From Nitrosopumilaceae archaeon (lineage in GTDB: Archaea > Thermoproteota > Nitrososphaeria > Nitrososphaerales > Nitrosopumilaceae), in NCBI GenBank assembly GCA_035528495.1, contig DATKYM010000055.1, positions 1 through 16,639 on the forward strand: a DNA stretch of 16,639 nucleotides, read 5' to 3'. Below the pieces are notes generated by a model. That model saw only the letters and a list, made by a program, of their open reading frames with translations. It ran no database searches and was not told the origin of the DNA. Below, in pieces: positions 7,754 to 15,371 of the stretch (position 1 is its first letter; each line of letters starts with the position of its first letter). The translations under genes were made by a program, and so were the position numbers.

Positions 7754-7924
7754 TTATAGGTTATCATCTAAGATCACACATCGAGTATAGATTGTATCAT
7801 CGACAAAATGAAAGTAATTTGAGTATTTGAATTGAGATGGCTGCTCGCACACCATACACGTTCTAAGAATGTCAAAGGTTTCACTACAACTTCTACACGA
7901 GTCAATTCGAGTAATTTCTAGCAC
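7754..7924 (-). CDS. Small zinc-ribbon-like protein (56 aa), not in the supplied ORF track
   Basis: Hand translation of the minus strand gives VLEITRIDSCRSCSETFDILRTCMVCEQPSQFKYSNYFHFVDDTIYTRCVILDDNL with a TAA stop. It has two CxxC pairs 9 residues apart, a GTG start at 7924 and a length of 171 nt. It fills an otherwise empty 327-nt gap between speB and the lipid synthase gene on the same strand. Confidence 0.4.
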   Translation of the reverse strand: MLEITRIDSCRSCSETFDILRTCMVCEQPSQFKYSNYFHFVDDTIYTRCVILDDNL

Positions 7925-7997
7925 AAAAATTATCCAAAAAAGAAAGATAAAATCTAACCAAAATAATTTGTGTTAGATAACAGTCAATCTACTTTTA

Positions 7998-8867
7998 CTA
8001 ATTTTGCGATAAATTTAGTGCTATCAATGTAGAAATTATTTTTGCAGCTAAAGATGCTGTGGCACCGTTATCATAAGTTGGGTTTAATTCTACAATATCA
8101 ACACCTGTTACTTTTTTATTCTCAAAAGAGTAAATCATATCAAAAAATTCTCTCGAAGTAATACCAGCAGCTTCAGGATTCCCAACCCCTGGAGCAAATG
8201 CAGGATCTAAGACATCAAGATCAAAACTGGTGTACAGTTTATCAAAAGTAGATACATGATCTTTTAAAAGTTGAGGCCCCTTCCCTTGACGTATTTCTTT
8301 ATCAGAAATAGTCTTTATTTTATTTTCTTTCAGAAATGCGAGTTCTTCCATTACAAATGCTCGTGCACCAACATGCAAAATGTTATCAGAACCTCTCTCC
8401 TCAACTATTCGTCGAAGATAAGAAGCATGACTAAGTTTAGTGTCGGCGTACTCATCTCTTAAATCATAATGTCCGTCAAAAACAACATATCCTGTTTCTT
8501 TTGGGAAACTCAAATAGGTTCCATAAGTAATAAGATGCTCACCTCCAAGGATAAACAATTGCCTATTTTTTTCAAGTATCTCCCCTGTTATTTTTCTAAG
8601 CATATCTATCATTTCTGAGGCAACGACTGTATGTTTGGTGTTTCCCAAATCTTCTATATTTACAAGTTCAAGATCTACTTGTAAATCAGGGTGAAATATT
8701 TCGATATTGTTAAAGGCATCACGGATTGCCTCAGGACCAAATCTACAACCTGGTTTGTAGGAATGAGTAGAATCAAAAGGCACACCAAATATGGTGGCCA
8801 CAGGATCCCCTTGATCAGATGAAGTAATTAGGGGATTTTTGTCCATGTAAAATTCTAAAAAGCTCAT
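7998..8867 (-). CDS. speB: Agmatinase / ureohydrolase (arginase family)
   Basis: 289 aa. The arginase-family metal-binding motifs are present: GGEH (GGDH variant), DGHYDLRD and SFDLDVLDPAFAPGVGNPEAAG. The N-terminal FGVPFDSTHSYKPGCRFGPEAIR is agmatinase-like. Specificity versus other guanidino substrates is not provable here. Confidence 0.82.
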   Translation of the reverse strand: MSFLEFYMDKNPLITSSDQGDPVATIFGVPFDSTHSYKPGCRFGPEAIRDAFNNIEIFHPDLQVDLELVNIEDLGNTKHTVVASEMIDMLRKITGEILEKNRQLFILGGEHLITYGTYLSFPKETGYVVFDGHYDLRDEYADTKLSHASYLRRIVEERGSDNILHVGARAFVMEELAFLKENKIKTISDKEIRQGKGPQLLKDHVSTFDKLYTSFDLDVLDPAFAPGVGNPEAAGITSREFFDMIYSFENKKVTGVDIVELNPTYDNGATASLAAKIISTLIALNLSQN

Positions 8868-8870
8868 ATT

Positions 8871-10751
8871 TTACACCATCAATTGCGGTCTCTGTGATAG
8901 ATACTTTGGAGTATTTAGAGTCGAAAAGGGTTTTCCCTTTGTCTGTTCATTAATTTCTTTTACAAAATCATCTAAGGATAATTCTCTGACATCACCCGTC
9001 TTTCGATCTCGTATACTAAGACTTTCAGAATTTGCCTCTTTTTCTCCAATTACTAAAATATAATGAATCCATTCTTTTTCAGCTTCCCTTATTCGCTTTC
9101 CAACGCTGTCATTTCTATCATCAATATCAACACGGATGTTATGTGAAGAGATTTTTCCTGCCAAAGAATTACAAATGTCATTAAATTCGTCTTTCAGAGG
9201 AATTACTCGCACTTGTGTTGGGGAGAGCCATAAAGGTAGTTGGGGTTTACGTCCTTGTTTTGAATCAAAAGCCGCTTTTTCTAAAAGAGCGTAAATTATT
9301 CGCTCTATTGCTCCACTTGGAGAATTGTGTAAAATTATAGGATTCTTTTTTACGTTATTTTCGTCAACAAAATCAATACCATATCGATTTCCATTTTCAA
9401 CATCTATTTGATCAGTAGATAATGCTGATGCTTTTTCTAAATTATCTATAAAATTAAACTCCCATTTTAAAACAAAGTAGAAAAATTTCTCTTTCCACAT
9501 TTCAATTAGAACAGGTTTTCCAAGTTTCTTTACAAGTTCTTGGACTGTGTTTTTATTTTCATTGTAGAAATCCTCAGTGAATCTAATGGCCATCTCATAA
9601 TCTGATTCTTCAATACCTAATTCTTTTAGAACGCTTTGAGACAAATCAAATCGTGTTTTGATTTCTTCAATAGCTTGCTCCATATCTTTACAAAATGCAT
9701 GACAATCAGGCATGGTAAAGGCTCGAAGTCGTCTTAATCCCACTAGCTCCCCTGATTGCTCTCGTCTGAAACTATATCTTGTAAGCTCGTATAATCGATA
9801 AGGTAGATTTTTGTAAGAAAGCTGGAATTCATTTGCCATTAAAAATTGTCCAAAGCATGCTGCAAATCTCAAAAAAAGCTTCTTGCCTTCAGAATCTATA
9901 TTATATTGCCTTGCAGGAAATCGGTTAAAGTAGCTAACCATGCTTGGATGTTCCGAATCATACATGATTGGAGTCTCCACCTCATAACCACCATATTCTT
10001 TTACTCTGTTTGTAACATATTGTTCAATTAGTGATTTAATCAAACGTCCATTTGGAAAGAATCTCATATTTCCAGAATCAGATGCAGGTTCATAGTCTGC
10101 AATTCCTAGTTTTTTCATCAATGCAACATGTGGAGGTGGCTCATCTACGCTTCTTTTTTTCGCAGACTCGTATTTTGATAGTATCTCTAATTTTTTATGA
10201 TTGCTAAAATTAAATTCAGACATTGGAGTCATGGTCCCATCAGGTGATAAAATATGCCAAAAAGATTGGATTTTAGATTCTGATTTTAATGCATCTGAGA
10301 CAACTTCCTCTTCGTCGGATTTTGTTTGATCTATAGACACATCTTTTTTTGTAATTACCTTTGAGCTCTCAGCTAGCGGATGTCCTTTTACCTGAACTTT
10401 GTATGATTTTGTCCATCCAAATGGTGAATGAGAAACGTCAAGATCTACTGCCAAGGATTCCATCTCTTTTAGCAAGGACATTGCAAGAGAAGGTGATGCC
10501 AGATTTGAGCTAAGATGTGCGTATGGATATAGCAATAATTTTTTGCATCCAATTTTTTCCATTGAATTTTTAATTTGAGATATAGCATCTTTTGCTACGG
10601 ATAAATCATCTCCTTTTTCCATGGCAACAAACGCCACAACTAATTCTTCTAAGCGAGTGGTCTCAGTCGAAATGTTTTCCTCAGCAGTTTTAATCTCCTT
10701 TTTTGTTGGAGTGTATTCTATGCTGTCACAATGAAGTTGTAATATACGCAC
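8871..10751 (-). CDS. thrS: Threonyl-tRNA synthetase, archaeal type with N-terminal editing domain
   Basis: 626 aa with a GTG start. The N-terminal archaeal editing-domain pattern is MRILQLHCDSIEY...LLLYPYAHLSS. The class II catalytic core is FRREQSGELVGLRRLRAFTMPDCH. The C-terminal anticodon-binding region is VRVIPL...VGKRIREAEKEWIHYILVIGEKE. The stop is 3 nt from the speB start. Confidence 0.93.
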   Translation of the reverse strand: MRILQLHCDSIEYTPTKKEIKTAEENISTETTRLEELVVAFVAMEKGDDLSVAKDAISQIKNSMEKIGCKKLLLYPYAHLSSNLASPSLAMSLLKEMESLAVDLDVSHSPFGWTKSYKVQVKGHPLAESSKVITKKDVSIDQTKSDEEEVVSDALKSESKIQSFWHILSPDGTMTPMSEFNFSNHKKLEILSKYESAKKRSVDEPPPHVALMKKLGIADYEPASDSGNMRFFPNGRLIKSLIEQYVTNRVKEYGGYEVETPIMYDSEHPSMVSYFNRFPARQYNIDSEGKKLFLRFAACFGQFLMANEFQLSYKNLPYRLYELTRYSFRREQSGELVGLRRLRAFTMPDCHAFCKDMEQAIEEIKTRFDLSQSVLKELGIEESDYEMAIRFTEDFYNENKNTVQELVKKLGKPVLIEMWKEKFFYFVLKWEFNFIDNLEKASALSTDQIDVENGNRYGIDFVDENNVKKNPIILHNSPSGAIERIIYALLEKAAFDSKQGRKPQLPLWLSPTQVRVIPLKDEFNDICNSLAGKISSHNIRVDIDDRNDSVGKRIREAEKEWIHYILVIGEKEANSESLSIRDRKTGDVRELSLDDFVKEINEQTKGKPFSTLNTPKYLSQRPQLMV

Positions 10752-10819
10752 GAAATCATGTCGATAGTGTCATAAATATACGATTCTTTCGTAAAATCAG
10801 AATCTCACATCTCAGAGAA

Positions 10820-11134
10820 TCATGTGTTTTTTAGTGATTTTTGAATCAACTCACGTAATTCTTGTCTATGAGTTTCAATAACACCTCTAATTTCAAAGGT
10901 ATCGACATACCCCCCGGCAGATGCCCTTGAGGCCTTTAAGAGGTAATGAAGAGAGCCCTCTTCTAATCTACCTACATAATATCCATACAAAAAATCTAAT
11001 TCGTTCTCACACTTCCATATTTGAGTAGTTTTGAAAAAAGTTTCTTTTATTTCAAAGGGAATTTCTTGTAATCGATGCTTTACATAATTATCCAATGATT
11101 TTCGAATAGAGGAATCATTTAACATGAGAATCAA
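10820..11134 (-). CDS. Hypothetical protein (104 aa), predicted helical
   Basis: ORF with a TTG start at 11134 (ATG at codon 4), same strand and upstream of thrS. No family recognised. Confidence 0.55.
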   Translation of the reverse strand: MILMLNDSSIRKSLDNYVKHRLQEIPFEIKETFFKTTQIWKCENELDFLYGYYVGRLEEGSLHYLLKASRASAGGYVDTFEIRGVIETHRQELRELIQKSLKNT

Positions 11135-11181
11135 TATTCATGCAAGTTCATAAACAGTCCATCAAAATTTTTCCAACCTAA

Positions 11182-11520
11182 TTAATCTGTAATATTGCCT
11201 TTAAGGGTAATTAGTGAACGTAAAATTAAAGAGGATAATCCTAAATTAGAAATCAAAAAATTTACGGTGCGATTAAGTGAATTATCGCCTCGATAACCTT
11301 CATCATAGATCATTTCGACTGTCCCCTTGTCTGTCTCCACAAATGAAGTTATCAAGGAAAATTTTCCTAATTTCTCATCAATTTTTTCAACATACAAACG
11401 TAATTCCACGTGTTTTATCAAAAAGCCTTTATCTTTAAAATCCCCTGAACTCAAAAGAATCTCTATCTGATCAGGTGTGCGGTTAACACGTTCTGGATCA
11501 TGCAAATCAATTATTTTCAA
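11182..11520 (-). CDS. Hypothetical protein (112 aa)
   Basis: ORF with a TTG start, 47 nt upstream of the 104-aa ORF on the same strand and divergent from the DHS gene. No family recognised. Confidence 0.55.
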   Translation of the reverse strand: MKIIDLHDPERVNRTPDQIEILLSSGDFKDKGFLIKHVELRLYVEKIDEKLGKFSLITSFVETDKGTVEMIYDEGYRGDNSLNRTVNFLISNLGLSSLILRSLITLKGNITD

Positions 11521-11528
11521 TATATATC

Positions 11529-11625
11529 AAAAGAGGCCGTTCTCACATAAGTAACCTTTGAGAAGAATGACCAAAAACAACTATAATTTATGAAAATTAA
11601 TTAAATTTTATCAAAACGGCCTTTT
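11529..11625. repeat. Imperfect inverted repeat with GC core: ATCAAAAGAGGCCGTT ... ATCAAAACGGCCTTTT
   Basis: GGCCGTT (11535-11541) and AACGGCC (11615-11621) are exact reverse complements and extend with A:T and G:T pairs to about 11 bp. Each copy is preceded by ATCAAAA. The repeat lies in the 172-nt divergent promoter region. Confidence 0.6.
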
Positions 11626-11692
11626 GAAGATAAATTACAAAATTAATTGTAAAGCACAAGTATTAATTTACAGTTTAATTTAATTTCAAAAA

Positions 11693-12787
11693 GTGGACCA
11701 CCATCAGTTTCGAGGAAAAGACATTCCCCACATTAAACTAGATCCAAAAATGACAATCGAAGACCTAGTTGAAGTCTATTCAAGATCTGGCTTTAACGGA
11801 CGACAGTTAGGGGAGGCTGCAAAACTTTACGCAAAAATGATTAAAGAAAATGCAACTATTTGTCTTACAGTTTCTGGAGCAATGACTCCAGTAGGATTTG
11901 GAGGAATTATAAAGTCCTTAATTGAACGTGGATTTGTAGACTGGATAGTTACCACAGGGGCTAATGTGTATCATGAAGATCATTTTGCCTGGGGATTGCC
12001 CATCAAACAAGGTCATTTTGATGTGGATGATATGAAATTATATGAAAACGAAATCGTACGAATTCGAGATGTTTACATTAAATTTAGCGAAACATTAGAA
12101 GCTGAAGACCAAATAATTCAAAAAATGTTTGGAAAAGATTTTCCAGATAAACCATTTACAACTGCGGAATTTTGTAATTTAATGGGAAAGTTAAGTAAAG
12201 AAAAATCAAAACATCCTGAAAAAAGTTTCATAACAAGTGCTTATGATTACGATGTTCCAGTATACATTTCAACTATAAAAGATTCATCTCTTGCTCTAAA
12301 TTTGGTAATCCAAAGATTACAAGGTAAAGTTTACAATTTAGATTTTGTAAGGGAAATTATTGAACAAGCTGCCATTCTTTTTAATTCTGAAAAGTCAGGA
12401 ATAGTCGAAATTGGTGGAGGTGTTCCAAAAAATACAGCTCAGCAGACAGGTCCATTACTGGACCAAATACTATCTAGAAATGATGGAGGTCAGGATTACA
12501 TTATTCAGATAACAGATGCAAGACCTGATACAGGTGGACTTTCCGGAGCAACTCTTGCAGAAGGGAAAAGCTGGGGAAAAGTAAAAAACGCCCACGAGGG
12601 AACTATTACGGTGTATGCTGATGCCACAATAGCATTTCCAATTTTAGCACTATACGTGCTTAGTAATCAGAAAACAAGAAAACCAAAAAGATTGTATAAA
12701 AAACTAGGTCTTTTTTATCAAAACCTCAGCGATGATTATTTCACAAAACCTTCTAAATCCAAAAAATCAAAAAAGAAATTAAACTAA
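11693..12787 (+). CDS. dys: Deoxyhypusine synthase
   Basis: 364 aa. Motifs are TTGANVYHEDHF, IGGGVPKN, and EGKSWGKV with the catalytic Lys. The start is GTG at 11693, or ATG at codon 20. The C-terminus has a Lys-rich tail (KPSKSKKSKKKLN). Confidence 0.92.
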   Translation: MDHHQFRGKDIPHIKLDPKMTIEDLVEVYSRSGFNGRQLGEAAKLYAKMIKENATICLTVSGAMTPVGFGGIIKSLIERGFVDWIVTTGANVYHEDHFAWGLPIKQGHFDVDDMKLYENEIVRIRDVYIKFSETLEAEDQIIQKMFGKDFPDKPFTTAEFCNLMGKLSKEKSKHPEKSFITSAYDYDVPVYISTIKDSSLALNLVIQRLQGKVYNLDFVREIIEQAAILFNSEKSGIVEIGGGVPKNTAQQTGPLLDQILSRNDGGQDYIIQITDARPDTGGLSGATLAEGKSWGKVKNAHEGTITVYADATIAFPILALYVLSNQKTRKPKRLYKKLGLFYQNLSDDYFTKPSKSKKSKKKLN

Positions 12788-13005
12788 AATTTGTCAAACC
12801 TAGCTCGTTCTAGATCTCTATCATCTTTTGATTCTTTTTTGTATTCTTTGTAGTGTTCTTTACATAAAACACTCTTTTTTCCCGATGAATTTACCCTCAA
12901 ATTTGCATTTTCAACCTTTGTAGTGTTTATTGAACGAGTACCATCATTATCACACCCATCAACATTGCATTTAGCACCTTTTGAAATTATACCCATACTA
13001 TCCAA
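12784..13005 (-). CDS. Small Cys/His-containing protein (73 aa), possible zinc finger
   Basis: TTG start (ATG at codon 4). The KCNVDGC ... CKEHY arrangement (C-x4-C ... C-x2-H) is followed by a very basic/acidic tail. It overlaps the dys 3' end by 4 nt in convergent orientation. Confidence 0.45.
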   Translation of the reverse strand: MDSMGIISKGAKCNVDGCDNDGTRSINTTKVENANLRVNSSGKKSVLCKEHYKEYKKESKDDRDLERARFDKF

Positions 13006-13098
13006 TGGAATTGATGTTATTTATATTTGAAAAATTTTAACGTCACAAAACTTCACCTGTTTTTAAAATTTAATTTTATTAGATAAATCGAATACATC

Positions 13099-13107
13099 GT
13101 TTATAAG
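13099..13107 (+). promoter_or_regulatory. TATA-like box for the eS25 gene
   Basis: GTTTATAAG is centred about 28 nt upstream of the ATG at 13131. It shares TATAA(A)GAGG with the eS26 promoter region. Confidence 0.4.
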
Positions 13108-13130
13108 AGGAATATTTTTTTCAATCAATA

Positions 13131-13448
13131 ATGGCTGGAACAAAAAAAGTAAGTCCTTCAAATCAGAAAAAAGTAAGTCCTTCAGGTCAGAAAGATGGAA
13201 AGAAAAGTAAAAAAGAGAAGGGGGAAAGTGGACCAAAAAAAGCAGAAATTACTGTACTCCTTAATGAACAAGAGGCTACAAAAATTATTCAACGTTCCAA
13301 AGTAATCACCACTCATGACTTGGCAAGACAAACAGGAGTCAAAGTTTCAGCAGCAAACGTATTCCTAAAAGAATCCTTAAAAAAAGGAATCATTAAACGT
13401 GTAGGTGGATTTAGTGGCCATTATATTTATCAACCAGTATCTTCATAA
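13131..13448 (+). CDS. rps25e: 30S ribosomal protein eS25
   Basis: 105 aa. A Lys-rich N-terminal tail is followed by a winged-helix-like core, EATKIIQRSKVITTHDLARQTGVKVSAANVFLKESLKKGIIKRV, typical of eS25. Confidence 0.85.
   Translation: MAGTKKVSPSNQKKVSPSGQKDGKKSKKEKGESGPKKAEITVLLNEQEATKIIQRSKVITTHDLARQTGVKVSAANVFLKESLKKGIIKRVGGFSGHYIYQPVSS
13143..13190 (+). repeat. In-frame 24-bp tandem duplication (2 copies, 22/24 identical) inside the eS25 N-terminal tail
   Basis: AAAAAAGTAAGTCCTTCAAATCAG (13143-13166) and AAAAAAGTAAGTCCTTCAGGTCAG (13167-13190) encode KKVSPSNQ and KKVSPSGQ. Confidence 0.9.
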
Positions 13449-13816
13449 AGCAAAAAAACATCGCCTGGTTTAAGATCATTTAAGGAATCATTGTTTTCAT
13501 CTAATCTTCCAATTAGAGTCATTGTTTTTCCAGGAACAGAGTCAGAAATAAAAAAACAAATACTGCCAGAGGAAGGTAGAAAAGCCACATCACCTTTTTT
13601 AAACTCATTTTTTCCTCGCTCAATTCCAGAATCAACATGTGTTTCAAAATAAGCGATATTTTTCCCCATTAAATGGGCATATCCCTCAAGAGGTAATGAT
13701 CTCATTATAGTACCAACGGTTCTTGGGGATAGATGTCGTTTAAGATCACACTGGATTTTTGATCTATTTTTAATTTCTAAAATAAGTTGTTTTTTGGATA
13801 CAGAAGCAGAACTCAC
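13430..13816 (-). CDS. Cyclophilin-like superfamily protein (TM1367-like, COG2164-type)
   Basis: 128 aa with a GTG start. The pattern GKNIAYFETHVDSGIERGKNEFKKGDVAFLPSSGSICFFI...MTLIGRL...LKPGDVF matches my memory of the TM1367-like cyclophilin-like family. It overlaps the eS25 3' end by 19 nt. Confidence 0.6.
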   Translation of the reverse strand: MSSASVSKKQLILEIKNRSKIQCDLKRHLSPRTVGTIMRSLPLEGYAHLMGKNIAYFETHVDSGIERGKNEFKKGDVAFLPSSGSICFFISDSVPGKTMTLIGRLDENNDSLNDLKPGDVFLLYEDTG

Positions 13817-13960
13817 GGTATAGTATGCAATTATTTGAATTTAAAATGTGTAACTCTTCACCAATTTTAGCAGGATGAATATGTGTTTATCCAACCTCAT
13901 CTTTGTATGTAATTAGACTTAAAGACATAGCATTAAATCAATTCGTTTTTTTCTTACTGT

Positions 13961-14440
13961 ATGAAAATTGATGATAACCCACAAATTAAAGACGATTTTA
14001 GAATGCCATTAACCAATGAGGGATTTGAAATTTTATGTCAACGCCTTTGTAAAGAGCCCAAAATCAGATTTTGTGGAATTGTGAATTCCCTAGGCAGGAT
14101 TATCACAGGGGATTTCAAAGAGGGGGTACAACCAATTGATAATGAAGGGTTAAGGCGAATGTTATACATACAATCAACTTTGGAGTTGTCAATGAAAGGA
14201 GAATTTGATGATTACCTAGGTAGCATCAACCATATTACAACTTACAGAGACAATGTAGCAATAATCATCATACCAATGCTGCAAAAGTGTCATCTGTTAA
14301 TGTCAGTAGAACGAAATGCGGATATTGGGGAAATTGTTAAAAAAGTAACTAGTATCTTTGATTGTAATGGCATTCTAAGTGAAAAAAGTAGCTTTGTTTC
14401 GGCAAATGATACATCGATACTTTTTTCTGAATGTTCGTAA
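13961..14440 (+). CDS. Hypothetical protein (159 aa), possibly a Roadblock/LC7-like fold
   Basis: ATG start. IRFCGIVNSLGRIITG ... ITTYRDNVAIIIIPM..HLLMSVERNADIGEIVKKV has the alternating beta/alpha pattern of Robl-like domains. The fold call is weak. Confidence 0.5.
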   Translation: MKIDDNPQIKDDFRMPLTNEGFEILCQRLCKEPKIRFCGIVNSLGRIITGDFKEGVQPIDNEGLRRMLYIQSTLELSMKGEFDDYLGSINHITTYRDNVAIIIIPMLQKCHLLMSVERNADIGEIVKKVTSIFDCNGILSEKSSFVSANDTSILFSECS

Positions 14441-14625
14441 TTGAGTTAATAAAATAAGTAAATTGTTATCAACCATATTTACGCCCCATATATGACATCG
14501 ACTAAATAAAAATTGTAAAAAATAAGTAATACAAACAATAGAAAATCAAGTTCAAAAATAATAAAAATATTAACTTTTGAGATTTTATTTTACAATCAAC
14601 GAATTTAACATATTGAGAGTTTTAT

Positions 14626-14967
14626 TTGAACAACACAGAATATACAATCTATTTCATTTTAGTCAAGTTATTGATGGACAGGAAGACAGAAATCATTTAC
14701 AAGAAATTTCAATTCAAATTAAAAATAGATAAAAGCACCATAGATTATGCACAAAAATTACACGAGAATTTAATAGAAAAAAATCTATTCAAATTTGAAT
14801 CACCTTACCTCATGGTTCCCATTTGCATCTTTACGGTGTCACGGATATCAAAAGCACCAAAGACCCTCACTGAGATGGCAGAGATATCCCACATAAAGGA
14901 AGACGACCTTAGAAAATGCTATGATATGGTTTTTGGAGAAATTGATGCTAGTTTAAAAGAACTCTAA
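14626..14967 (+). CDS. TFB/TFIIB-like protein consisting of a single cyclin repeat
   Basis: 113 aa from TTG, or 97 aa from ATG at 14674. IDYAQKLHENLIEKNLFKFESPYLMVPICIFTVSRISKAPKTLTEMAEISHIKEDDLRKCYDMV follows the TFB cyclin-repeat pattern (A..l....e.gl..GrS...v.AA.iY.A.R....PrTl.EiA....v....i.r.Y). There is no Zn-ribbon, no B-reader and no second repeat. Confidence 0.6.
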   Translation: MNNTEYTIYFILVKLLMDRKTEIIYKKFQFKLKIDKSTIDYAQKLHENLIEKNLFKFESPYLMVPICIFTVSRISKAPKTLTEMAEISHIKEDDLRKCYDMVFGEIDASLKEL

Positions 14968-15331
14968 ACAGAATATTCTTAGATTGAAATTAAAATGAAG
15001 GATGATAATTATAGAGATCTATAGTTACAATATTTTGCATATACAAATAATGGATTGGAGTTTTTGATTGACTGTTATTTTTACAACTGTTTAAACCATT
15101 GATCTAAATCCTTTGGGATATTGTGGAGAGTGGTATAGCCTTACCTTTTAACAGATAATATTATTCTAGTTTTTGAAATTATACAAATCGACTTAGATTT
15201 CTTTTGTCGAATTATCTGATTTTTATGTTTACAAAACACAAGGCAAAAAAATATGCTTTCATGTAAATTCCCTCTTTAAGCAATTTTTATAATTGAAAAA
15301 AATAAAACACACCCAATTATCGTATTATTGG

Positions 15332-15340
15332 AATATAAAA
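15332..15340 (+). promoter_or_regulatory. TATA-like box upstream of the membrane protein gene
   Basis: AATATAAAA is centred about 36 nt upstream of the ATG at 15372. Confidence 0.3.
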
Positions 15341-15371
15341 TTCTTAACTCTTAGTATCCTGTGAATATATT

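Noticed and set aside
8520-8560. GGEH instead of GGDH in the agmatinase metal-binding motif as a sign of inactivation
   Set aside because: The His ligand and the DxHxD and DxD motifs are intact. From memory, GGEH occurs in active archaeal agmatinases, so this is not treated as an anomaly.
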